64,000 bases of DNA from a virus. Numbering within the stretch: position 1 is the first letter of the stretch; each line of letters starts with the position of its first letter. Location of the stretch: the IMG/VR virus record IMGVR_UViG_3300020198_000006, positions 30,152-94,151 of that record, one strand, 5' to 3'. The notes below the pieces were generated by a model, which saw only the letters and a program-made list of their open reading frames with translations, had not been told where the DNA came from and searched no databases. Positions 19,983-28,698 of the stretch are shown here, piece by piece. Both the position numbers and the translations under genes were made by a program.

Positions 19983-22001
19983 ATGCCAGTAGATTTTTTT
20001 GAAGAAGGACCGACGACCACCCCTAAAAGGGGGAAAAAGGGTTCAACAACCCCAATTCTTGATAATTTTTCAAGGGATTTAAACAAATTAGCTGAAGAGG
20101 GTAAAATAGACCCAATCATCGGTAGAGATAAGGAAGTAAAAAGAATCGCACAGATACTTTCCCGTAAGAAGAAAAACAACGTAGTTGTTGTTGGTGATTC
20201 TGGTGTTGGTAAATCGGCATTAGTTGAAAAATTGGCAATGTTAATTGTCAAGGGTGAGTCTCCATCTAATCTAATAGACAAACGAATAATGTCTTTAGAT
20301 TTAACTTCTCTTGTTGCGGGAACAAAGTATCGTGGCCAATTTGAAGAAAGAATTAAAGCGATATTAAATGAACTTCATAATGAACCAAATGTAATCATCT
20401 TCATTGATGAATTACATACCATGATTGGTGCGGGAAATGCTAGTGGTTCAATGGATGCTGCTAATATACTTAAGCCCGCTCTTGCAAGAGGAGAAATACA
20501 ATGTATCGGAGCAACAACCTTTGATGAATTTAAAAAACATATTGAGAAGGATTCAGCATTGGTTAGAAGATTTCAAAAAATAGTTTTAAAGGAACCTACC
20601 TATCAAGAGACAATACAAATTCTACAAAACTTAAAGGATTCATATCAAAACTATCATAAAGTATTCTACGAAGATGGTGTCATTGATACCATTGTTAAAC
20701 TATCTGGTCGTTTCATAACAGACAGACAATTCCCCGATAAGGCAATAGACGTATTAGACGAACTTGGTTCAGATAAAAAAATAAATATCAAAGTTCCCGA
20801 CATTGTCGAGAAACTAAAAAAGGATGCTGACGAAATCAAAAACAAGAAGATACTTGTAGTAAAGAGTCAGAACTATGAACAAGCAGCAAAGCTCAGAGAT
20901 GAAGAAAGAAAAATAATGTTAAAACTAGAAGCAGAAAAAAATAAGTGGTTAGAACAACAAAAAGATAACAAGACACCAATCTATGTTGATGATGTCTATG
21001 AGATTGTATCTAACATGACGGGTGTTCCCATTACAAAGTTAGACGACAACGAAACAAAAAACTTATTAAATCTTGAGGAGATATTGTCCTCCAAGGTTAT
21101 TGGACAAAACGAAGCGATATCAATTATATCTAAAGCGATTAGAAGAAATAGAGTTGGGATAAAAGATAATAACAAACCAATTGGTTCATTTATATTCTTA
21201 GGTTCTACAGGTGTTGGTAAAACATTTCTTGCAAAATCAATTGCTGAATTATTATTTGGTGACCCCGAAAAAGTGATTCGTGTTGATATGAGTGAGTTTA
21301 TGGAAAAACACAATGTATCTCGACTCATTGGCTCACCTCCTGGTTATGTTGGGTATGATGAGGGGGGTCAACTTACCGAAAAAATTAAAAACAACCCATT
21401 TGCTGTTGTATTATTTGACGAAATTGAAAAAGCACATAAAGATGTATTCAACATCCTTCTTCAGATTTTAGATGAAGGATATTTGACTGATTCTTTTGGT
21501 AGAAAAGTAAACTTTACTAATACTATCATAATCATGACCTCAAACATCGGCACCAAGAAAGTTTTCGATTTCGGAGGCGGTGTTGGATTCAATACCTCGT
21601 CAAGTGAAACCCAAAAGTATGAGATTAGAAAATCAATCATACAAAAATCACTTAAACAACAATTTAATCCCGAATTCTTAAATCGTATTGATGATGTTAT
21701 TTTATTCAATGCACTCAATGAAGAAACTATTAATAAAATTATCGAGATTGAACTTTCGAAATTGGTTACAAGATTGTGCGAAAAAAACTTCAACATTTTG
21801 TTTGATAAAAGTGTAATCAATCAAATTGCAGAACTTAATACCCAAGAGGAGTATGGTGCTCGACCAATAAAAAGAATAATACAAAACTTGTGTGAAGACT
21901 TTCTTTCCGATGAAATATTGAGGGGCACAATAAAAGAAAATCAGGTAACTACAATTAGGTTTAAGGATGGCCAACTAAAGATTTTAGATAAAATGGTGTA
22001 A
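19983..22001 (+). CDS. clpC: ClpC-type AAA+ unfoldase lacking the N-terminal Clp-repeat domain
   Basis: Two AAA modules ([16 protein letters not shown]), UVR middle domain ([13 protein letters not shown]), GYVG pore loop, 'GVGF' ClpP-docking loop. Confidence 0.92.
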   Translation: MPVDFFEEGPTTTPKRGKKGSTTPILDNFSRDLNKLAEEGKIDPIIGRDKEVKRIAQILSRKKKNNVVVVGDSGVGKSALVEKLAMLIVKGESPSNLIDKRIMSLDLTSLVAGTKYRGQFEERIKAILNELHNEPNVIIFIDELHTMIGAGNASGSMDAANILKPALARGEIQCIGATTFDEFKKHIEKDSALVRRFQKIVLKEPTYQETIQILQNLKDSYQNYHKVFYEDGVIDTIVKLSGRFITDRQFPDKAIDVLDELGSDKKINIKVPDIVEKLKKDADEIKNKKILVVKSQNYEQAAKLRDEERKIMLKLEAEKNKWLEQQKDNKTPIYVDDVYEIVSNMTGVPITKLDDNETKNLLNLEEILSSKVIGQNEAISIISKAIRRNRVGIKDNNKPIGSFIFLGSTGVGKTFLAKSIAELLFGDPEKVIRVDMSEFMEKHNVSRLIGSPPGYVGYDEGGQLTEKIKNNPFAVVLFDEIEKAHKDVFNILLQILDEGYLTDSFGRKVNFTNTIIIMTSNIGTKKVFDFGGGVGFNTSSSETQKYEIRKSIIQKSLKQQFNPEFLNRIDDVILFNALNEETINKIIEIELSKLVTRLCEKNFNILFDKSVINQIAELNTQEEYGARPIKRIIQNLCEDFLSDEILRGTIKENQVTTIRFKDGQLKILDKMV

Positions 22002-22041
22002 ATATTCTGATTTTTTAAAAAATCATATATATTTATATCTA

Positions 22042-22135
22042 CAAGGAAATCTTTGCCGAAATCCTTTCGTTTTTAGTCTGTGGGGTTGAACCCACAAAAT
22101 GACCTCAAAGCCCCGATTCCCGTCGGGGCTTTTTA
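22042..22135 (+). ncRNA. Candidate small late RNA (sRNA-A)
   Basis: TATTTAT at 22030-22036, hairpin tgtggg-gttgaa-cccaca, terminator agccccga-ttcccg-tcggggct-ttt, no credible ORF. Confidence 0.4.
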
Positions 22136-22148
22136 TCTAAAATTTTTA

Positions 22149-22156
22149 TATATTTG
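22149..22156 (+). promoter_or_regulatory. Bacteroidota sigma70 -7 element TAnnTTTG
   Basis: TATATTTG immediately before ATG 22161. Confidence 0.6.
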
Positions 22157-22160
22157 TAAA

Positions 22161-22343
22161 ATGATAAAATATATTTTAATTTTAGTCACGGTATTCTCAT
22201 TGGGTATCGTGGCGTGTGGTAACAATTCCACCACATCAACGGAAACAACGGACTCAACCGCGGTAGCAGTGGACCCTTTCTCACCTACCGCAAATGATTC
22301 TACTACTGCTCAGATTACCGACAGTACTTTGAATCAACAATAA
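22161..22343 (+). CDS. Small lipoprotein with D-S-T motifs
   Basis: Signal peptide with lipobox 'IVAC', Thr/Ser-rich, three DST motifs. Confidence 0.7.
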   Translation: MIKYILILVTVFSLGIVACGNNSTTSTETTDSTAVAVDPFSPTANDSTTAQITDSTLNQQ

Positions 22344-22437
22344 TTTGACAAGTGCTCACTACCAATGGCGGAAATGTGAGTTGAATGTATTGATTGTGAC
22401 ACCACAGCCTCCAATTTTATAAAACAAATAACTTTAT

Positions 22438-22851
22438 ATGAAATATAAAATATATTTAGATGATGTTAGAACCCCCATTGCAAAAGATGAATGGGTGGTG
22501 GTCCGTTCGTATGAAGAATTTGTGAATATAATATCCGAAATTGGACTAGAAAATATCGAACTAATTTCTCTTGACCATGACTTAGGTGATACCGCAATGG
22601 CTGAGTGGCATTGTAATGTTTATCACAATTACAAATTGGATTATGATAACATTTTGGAAAAGACTGGAATGGATTGTACTAAATGGTTGGTTGAACAATG
22701 GATGGGTGGGAAACCTGTTGTAGATGTTGTTATTCACTCGGCTAATGCAATGGGTAGTGGGAATATGATGGGATACATAAACAATTATAGACATATACAT
22801 CGTCTACCTCAGAATTGTGTGAGGGTTCAATGGGAGCACACAATTAATTAA
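22438..22851 (+). CDS. Cyclic-phosphate-processing receiver-like domain protein
   Basis: 'IYLDDVR', 'ISLDHDLG', 'TGMDCTKWL', 'IHSAN'. Confidence 0.8.
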   Translation: MKYKIYLDDVRTPIAKDEWVVVRSYEEFVNIISEIGLENIELISLDHDLGDTAMAEWHCNVYHNYKLDYDNILEKTGMDCTKWLVEQWMGGKPVVDVVIHSANAMGSGNMMGYINNYRHIHRLPQNCVRVQWEHTIN

Positions 22852-22939
22852 CAATGGGGTGTTGAAAAACTTTTTGGTGTATCCCGAACTTTTAATCATA
22901 TTTGCTTAACCGATTAACTAATTTATAAACCAACCCTGT

Positions 22940-23272
22940 ATGTCTAAAATTAAAACTAACGTATCTACAAAAAAACTATCTATAAAAGGAAAGTATAATG
23001 AATTTAGCGACTTCTATGACGTTAACAAAGTAATAATCTATCAGAACATACTCAAGTTGTTCAAAACCTTTGAGGATAAAGAAAAAAACACACTTGTTTT
23101 AACAATATCGGCAAAGATTAAAAACATTGAATGGGAAACCGATTTGAAATTTACTCGTGATGAGATTAATGTTCTAAAAAGAGATATTATGCCCTATTTT
23201 GAAGAGATTGAGGATTATGAAACTTGTGGTGAGATATGTGAACTATATACAAGTTTGAAAGAAAAAAAGTAA
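22940..23272 (+). CDS. Hypothetical protein
   Basis: 110 aa, C-terminal 'YFEEIEDYETC' (UVR-like, also seen in 36770-37072). Confidence 0.5.
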   Translation: MSKIKTNVSTKKLSIKGKYNEFSDFYDVNKVIIYQNILKLFKTFEDKEKNTLVLTISAKIKNIEWETDLKFTRDEINVLKRDIMPYFEEIEDYETCGEICELYTSLKEKK

Positions 23273-23361
23273 TTTTAATCTCCTGAAATTCATATTAATA
23301 AATATTAAAATGGGGGTCTATTAACCCCCATAATTTTTATACATAATCATTTTTTTAACCA

Positions 23362-24117
23362 CTAATTAGGGAAAACACCTTTTTTAATCATTCTAAGAAG
23401 AATTCTACAACAAGCAATATCTAAAGCTTTTTTTGTTGATATACCAATTGTGGATTGATTGAACTTAACCTCACTTAAATTATCGTCATTTAGTAGTGTT
23501 AATTCTCTTACAGTTTTAGCTTCTCCTAAACCACTTGCAGCGATTATTTCTCCGGTCTCAGCATCAGTAAATCTTACTTGAAGACCTAATCTTGTATTTA
23601 CAATATTTTTTACACCATCTTTTAAATTTACAGTTTCATCTTCCGATACGGAAAAATCATAAACTTCAATCGTAACGAAATACCGAGCTAACCTGATTTT
23701 ACCTCTCTCATCAAGTTTATCTTGAGTTATACCTGATTGTGATGCCTGGAATTGTTTTACCATACGATTTTTTATCTCCGTCTGACTTTCAGTAAACACA
23801 AATCTGTTTAGTTCTGATAGAAATTCTAAACTGATATTTGCAACACCTAAACCAACTTTCTTTTCTTTTAATTCGGGATATTGTTCATAAACCTCATCAT
23901 TGATACCAATTTTTAAAATTTGAATGGGTATTTGAGGTCCACCATAGTCCATCAAATAATTGATATTAACACTTGTTTCAAACGAAGCCTTATATTGTTC
24001 TGTTTGTGTTTTACCAACAACTTGAGCGGTTAATTTATTTGTTATACAAAACATTAAAATAAACCAAATAGCAATAATACCAACTGTTATCCACAACTCT
24101 TTACTTTTTTCGCTCAT
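23362..24117 (-). CDS. CsgG/HfaB-like envelope protein
   Basis: N-terminal TM/signal, 'YFVTIEVYDFS', 'RLGLQVRFTDAETGEIIAASGLGEA'. Confidence 0.7.
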   Translation of the reverse strand: MSEKSKELWITVGIIAIWFILMFCITNKLTAQVVGKTQTEQYKASFETSVNINYLMDYGGPQIPIQILKIGINDEVYEQYPELKEKKVGLGVANISLEFLSELNRFVFTESQTEIKNRMVKQFQASQSGITQDKLDERGKIRLARYFVTIEVYDFSVSEDETVNLKDGVKNIVNTRLGLQVRFTDAETGEIIAASGLGEAKTVRELTLLNDDNLSEVKFNQSTIGISTKKALDIACCRILLRMIKKGVFPN

Positions 24118-24138
24118 TTTAAACATGTAATTCATATT

Positions 24139-24422
24139 TTATTCTATAATATCTTTTATTTTACCACACTTTAAACATTCTTCGACGCCATCACCATCCA
24201 TATCCCCCCATACGTGTTCACATTGTCTATGTGCGAAATACATATCAATCTTACCATCGCCATCAAAGTCAATACCATCCATTATACCATCTTCGTCCAC
24301 TTCTACACCAGTTCTTGCTTTAGTTGTTTGTTTTTCTTCTAATTTTGATACTGTGGGTATAACTTCTTCCTCTTTTTTAAACCAGACCATGTTCCGTCTT
24401 GTTCTTGTGTTTCTTCTGACAC
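24139..24422 (-). pseudogene. Chimeric gene fragment with EF-hand-like DxDGDG motifs and a C/H cluster
   Basis: An upstream GTG-SEETQEQDGTWSGLKK start is out of frame with the downstream 'DFDGDGKID..CEHVWGD..C..C' segment. Confidence 0.45.
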
Positions 24423-24426
24423 AGTT

Positions 24427-24881
24427 TTAGACTTTTAAAAATTGTTTAGTTAATTGTTTATTATAATTATTTAGAACTAAATAATAGCTTCCATTACTTA
24501 CATTCGTCATATCAATTTGTTTATATACCACAGTTTGATATCCATTTCCTGATATATTACCAAATTGTTTAATCATTTTACCTGATACATCGTAAACCGC
24601 AACCCCCGATTTAGTCGAAACAATATCAAAGAAGATTAATTCAATATATAACGTATAATTAGGTTGTTCTTTAGCCCCAACTAAGATTAAACCACCCTAC
24701 CCTGCTCGTTTATTATTTCTTGAGCAATATTTCTAACACCAAACGCCAAATTTTTATTACCCACAAGTGTTCCAACCTTAATATTGTTAACAACTGGGTC
24801 TACGAAAATTGTCGCATTACTTTGAGCTTCTACACCCAAGAAGAGTAAAAGTGTTAGTATCGTTATAACAATTAATTTCAA
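24427..24881 (-). pseudogene. Frameshifted signal-peptide protein fused to a T9SS type-A C-terminal sorting domain
   Basis: A 5-nt AGGGT duplication breaks the frame. The downstream frame ends 'AVYDVSGKMIK...IDMTNVSNGSYYLVL....LTKQFLKV*'. Confidence 0.7.
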
Positions 24882-24925
24882 TGATTTAATTGGTAAATTT
24901 TTATAAATTATGATATTAACCTAAA

Positions 24926-25180
24926 TTATTCGGGGGTCGCGCCACCACCATTCTTCTTATTTATCCATTTGTCTACCGATGCAATACCAAATGAACCTAA
25001 GGTAATAACCAAGAATCCATCGAATATGAATTCATTAATTAACAACTCTTTACCTAAAAAACCTGTAGTTAGGTCAACAAAGAGTGCAATCACCATCATT
25101 GTGAAAGAAAGAAAACCAACTACTGACTTTTCGTTGATTGTGTTGTTGTCGTTGAACAACTCGCTAAAAAATTTTTTCAT
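24926..25180 (-). CDS. Small two-TM membrane protein (holin-like)
   Basis: Two hydrophobic helices, late motif upstream. Confidence 0.5.
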   Translation of the reverse strand: MKKFFSELFNDNNTINEKSVVGFLSFTMMVIALFVDLTTGFLGKELLINEFIFDGFLVITLGSFGIASVDKWINKKNGGGATPE

Positions 25181-25477
25181 ACTTCATAGTTTTAGTTAGT
25201 GTTTAGTTTATGTTTTGGTTATCTATAAATACATTGAAATGGTTATAAACGGTTGGATTTTTACACTAAAAATTTTTTTGAGTTTTTATTTACTTTTACG
25301 GCACTTATTATTACCTTTATAATAGATTTAAACTTAAATTAATCTTCGATGAGACAATTCGTGCATACGACATCATTTACAATCTGTTCAAAATGGGCGG
25401 AGGTCTCTTGTAAGTATTTGAGTTTTATAGGATACTGAAAGAACCTCGGGAGAAATCTCAAGGACCTCCCAACCAAC

Positions 25478-25553
25478 GGTCGGGTAGCTCAGCGGTAGAG
25501 CAATCTCACTAAAACGAGACGTGACGCGATAGGTTCGACCCCTCCCCCAACCA
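25478..25553 (+). tRNA. Degenerate tRNA (pseudo, undetermined anticodon)
   Basis: D-arm 'tagctcagcggtagagc', 'ggttcga' and 3' acca are present, but the anticodon loop is irregular and the T stem is mismatched. Confidence 0.5.
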
Positions 25554-25599
25554 CTACGATTATCGTTCTTTGACATATTTTTAAAAAACAATTATTATT

Positions 25600-25956
25600 A
25601 TGGAACAGTTATTTGCATTTGTTCTTGGTGTTGGCATTATGTCATTGATTTATGGTTTAGTGTTAGTATTGAGAATGAGAAAAGAACTCAACAATGTTGA
25701 ATCAAATTTACATAACACAAAAGATGAGGTTATGTCAATTAATAGGGAAATTGAAAGAATCGATAAGAGAATTGACTCAAGGGTCGATAAACTTACCGAT
25801 ATAATATTTCGAGAATTAGAAAATAAGGAAAAAGACCTCCAAGATTCTATGACTCGAAATTATGAACAAACAAACAGAGATTTTGAATCCGTATGGAGAG
25901 AAATTGATAAACAACAACAAAACAAAAATAAAACACGTAAAGTGTTAACAGACTAA
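25600..25956 (+). CDS. Membrane-anchored coiled-coil protein inside the tRNA region
   Basis: N-terminal TM helix plus heptad-rich body, flanked by a 17-bp inverted repeat. Confidence 0.65.
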   Translation: MEQLFAFVLGVGIMSLIYGLVLVLRMRKELNNVESNLHNTKDEVMSINREIERIDKRIDSRVDKLTDIIFRELENKEKDLQDSMTRNYEQTNRDFESVWREIDKQQQNKNKTRKVLTD

Positions 25957-25990
25957 AAGTCATAAACAAAGAACGGTAATCGTTTTTTTT

Positions 25991-26066
25991 GTTCCTGTCG
26001 TCTAATGGTTAGGACACCTCCCTTTCACGAAAGTCATGTCGGTTCGAGTCCGACCTTGGGGGTACA
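25991..26066 (+). tRNA. Degenerate tRNA-Glu(TTC)
   Basis: 'gtctaatggttaggac' D-arm, ctTTCac loop, intact T-arm. Anticodon and acceptor stems are mismatched. Confidence 0.55.
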
Positions 26067-26182
26067 GAAATAGTCGGGTGGTGGAAGCGAGTAGTTGTAC
26101 AGCTGCCGATGGAAAGACACGGGGATGTGAAAGTCCCCACCAATAACGGCATATAGGTTCGAATCCAATCGGGGATACTCAC

Positions 26183-26256
26183 AGGGAAATATCGCGGTTC
26201 TGTAACGTACTTGGTTTAGGACCAATGAGTTGCGGGTTCGAATCCTGTTTTCTCAA
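26183..26256 (+). tRNA. Degenerate tRNA-Pro-like body with TAG anticodon (pseudo)
   Basis: cttgg-ttTAGga-ccaat anticodon arm (Pro would be ttTGGga), T-arm gcggg-ttcgaat-cctgt, D-arm decayed. Confidence 0.45.
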
Positions 26257-26306
26257 CTTTATCATCGGTAATGATGATAATTTATTTTATCGTCTATTTC
26301 AACGAT

Positions 26307-26378
26307 GTCTCCTTAGCTCAGCGGTAGAGCATCTCGCTGTTAACGAGAGGGTCCGAGGTTCGAAACCTCGAGGGGACG
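26307..26378 (+). tRNA. trnN: tRNA-Asn(GTT), intact, CCA not encoded
   Basis: Acceptor gtctcct/aggggac, D-arm, tctcg-ctGTTaa-cgaga, cgagg-ttcgaaa-cctcg. Confidence 0.93.
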
Positions 26379-26383
26379 CTTTA

Positions 26384-26437
26384 GGACCCTTAGGACTCAT
26401 AATCATTAGGCCCACGGTTCGAGCCCGTGAGGGTCCA
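26384..26437 (+). tRNA. D-arm-deleted tRNA-Met/Ile2(CAT) remnant
   Basis: Perfect acceptor ggaccct/agggtcc, ctCATaa loop, perfect T-arm cacgg-ttcgagc-ccgtg, no D-arm. Confidence 0.65.
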
Positions 26438-26604
26438 CTATGATGACCTATAGTGCAAACCATTTGGTGGGGATTTAAAAAAAATTTAAAAATTTTTTAA
26501 AAAAATTTTGGAATTTGGTTTTTTTCCTTTATCCTTGTAAAAGATTTGAGGATTTAGATATTGAGTCGAGAATCCAAAAAATAAGATTGTTCTTTGAATT
26601 AAGA

Positions 26605-27410
26605 TATTGGGCGGTCTATAGTCCATAAAATAAACCATGAAAGTGGTATAAAGTGACCTATTTGGTTTAAGTAGGTTGCGGCTTCCGCAAGGGAGCTCGA
26701 GTAGACAAACGAGGTATCGTTGAATCTTGAGTACCGAGGGTAACACTGTAGGGAAAGTGGTTTGATGAACGGGGGATGCGGGTCCTTCGTTTGAGGTGGG
26801 AACACCAATAAGAATAACTCGTAAGGTTTATGCAAGAAACACGGTCATCCAACTATGTCATTGCGTAATTCAATATGATGGGAATCTTAAAACCGAAAGG
26901 TATGGTTGTGTACGGGTGGTGCTGTTACAATCCTTGAATTGAATCTGCCAAGGTTTATTTCATGAAGGGGTCCAAAAATATGGAGGTCGGGAGACTTCAG
27001 AGGGTAGTTCAGTATCGTGTTGTCCAAAAGATAACATGGCTGGTTGTCGAGCCGCTACCTTCACCATCCGCGAACCAATACTTTGGTCTAATCAATGTCC
27101 AAAACATTAAATTAAATCAAGGAAAAGCGCTCGTCAGTCGTCGGAAACAGGTGACTACTTAGTAATGATGTGTTCATTGCCGTAGAGGGCTCCAAACCCA
27201 ATACGATTTTTAAGAAAGTTCTCTAATCTCGCAAGGATTAATTGGGGTGGCAACCTCGAAGAGTGATGAGTATTAAGAGAGTATTCGATGACTCAAGGAT
27301 TGGTTAATCTAATTGACCGTCACTGGTTGGTACAACCCAAAAGGTTGTGGATATGAAGGCAAACCATAAACCTTCTAAAGTCAACTACATAAACGTGTAA
27401 TCTCAACGTG
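26605..27410 (+). ncRNA. Large structured ncRNA, GOLLD-like (~800 nt)
   Basis: GC-enriched, no credible ORF, many GNRA-type hairpins (cttccGCAAgg, accGAAAggt, tctcGCAAgga), promoter-like element upstream, terminator at ~27445-27472, adjacent to tRNAs. Boundaries approximate. Confidence 0.65.
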
Positions 27411-27444
27411 TTTTTTATTTTATTGAGAAGCCAACCGCTATATT

Positions 27445-27472
27445 AAGTCAGAAGAAATTCTGACTTTTTTTA
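27445..27472 (+). terminator. Intrinsic terminator after the large ncRNA
   Basis: aagtcagaa-gaaa-ttctgactt followed by a T-run. Confidence 0.8.
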
Positions 27473-27833
27473 TGTTTTTAACATAAATTTCATTATATTA
27501 TTTTATGAGAATTATTTCCATTGCAAAACAATAATAACATGGATAAAACCAAATAAAAAAGAAAAAGAAAAAAATGAGTAAAAATCTTGAAGAAAAATTA
27601 TTAATCGGATATGAAGAATATTTGAAACTACCAAAAGCAGAGTGTAGTGGTATTAATAAAAAAACGGAATTATATACAAATGGTTGATGTGTATTATTAG
27701 GAAGGTCAATATCACACCCACATCCGCATAGACATTATACATTATTAGAATTTGTATATTGGTGTGGAAAAAATGAATTATTATACAGAAGATTTATACC
27801 ATAAACCAACCAAATATTAAAGTCATACAAAGT

Positions 27834-27941
27834 ATGAAAATGAAAAATAAACAACAAAAAAAAATAAAATGTCCTCATTGTGGTATTGAGGGTGGTAACA
27901 CTATGGGTAGATGGCATTTTGATAACTGTAAATATAAATAA
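27834..27941 (+). pseudogene. C-terminal remnant of a homing endonuclease
   Basis: 'KIKCPHCGIEGGNTMGRWHFDNCK' zinc motif without a nuclease domain. Confidence 0.6.
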
Positions 27942-27948
27942 TAAAATT

Positions 27949-28698
27949 ATGTGTAGAATCGTATGTATATCTGACACGCATGGTCTTCATAAAATAATGG
28001 GTAAATATGGGCGGTTACCTGAAGGTGATGTATTAATTCATGCGGGTGATTGTACAAATGTTGGTAAAGAAAAAGAAATAGAAGATTTTGTTCATTGGTT
28101 TCAAAATCTAAAAGGATTTGATACTAAAATTTTTATTGCCGGTAACCACGATTTTGGTTTTGAAAATTACAATGGTATTAGACATAATGGTGATGCTCCT
28201 TGGTTACACCATTTGTTGAATGAGGAAAATCTCTCACAATCCGATGTTGTTTATTTACACGATTCTGAGTTTATTATTGAATCACCTGAATTTTCAAGAC
28301 CAATAAAATTTTATGGTAGTCCCTGGCAACCTGAATTTTATGATTGGGCATTTAATTTACCGAGGAATGGGTCTGAGTTAGAAAAAAAATGGTCTCAAAT
28401 ACCTGATGAAACAGATGTTCTTATAACTCATTGCCCACCACACACTAAAAGAGATTTTATACCAAATAATCTACAAGTTGGTTGTGAACTTCTAATGTTT
28501 CGCGTGGAACAATTGAAACCATTAGTTCATGTTTTTGGTCATATCCATAATGCACATGGTGCCCAATACAATGAGGATACTATCTTCGTTAACGCCGCGA
28601 TATGTACCGAAAGATATGTTCCATCAAATAAACCGATAATCATCGATTTAAATGAAGTCGATGGTAAAATGATTGCTACATATGTCGAAAATAATTAG
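27949..28698 (+). CDS. Calcineurin-like metallophosphoesterase (MPPED-like)
   Basis: 'ISDTH', 'HAGD', 'AGNHD', 'LITHCPP', 'FGHIH'. Confidence 0.92.
   Translation: MCRIVCISDTHGLHKIMGKYGRLPEGDVLIHAGDCTNVGKEKEIEDFVHWFQNLKGFDTKIFIAGNHDFGFENYNGIRHNGDAPWLHHLLNEENLSQSDVVYLHDSEFIIESPEFSRPIKFYGSPWQPEFYDWAFNLPRNGSELEKKWSQIPDETDVLITHCPPHTKRDFIPNNLQVGCELLMFRVEQLKPLVHVFGHIHNAHGAQYNEDTIFVNAAICTERYVPSNKPIIIDLNEVDGKMIATYVENN

Noticed and set aside
5690-22001. Introns or inteins in capsid, portal, terminase or ClpC genes
   Set aside because: Reading frames are continuous, of expected size, and show no intein or intron signatures.
22345-22415. tRNA-like element ending in 'cctcca'
   Set aside because: No T-arm consensus or cloverleaf could be built.
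26183-26256. Functional recoding or mischarging tRNA (Pro body with Leu anticodon)
   Set aside because: The D-arm and acceptor end are degraded, so a pseudogene is the simpler explanation.
26034-27162. Short ORFs from the track over the tRNA and large-RNA region
   Set aside because: They overlap tRNA-like and structured RNA sequence and have no recognisable protein features; treated as shadow ORFs.
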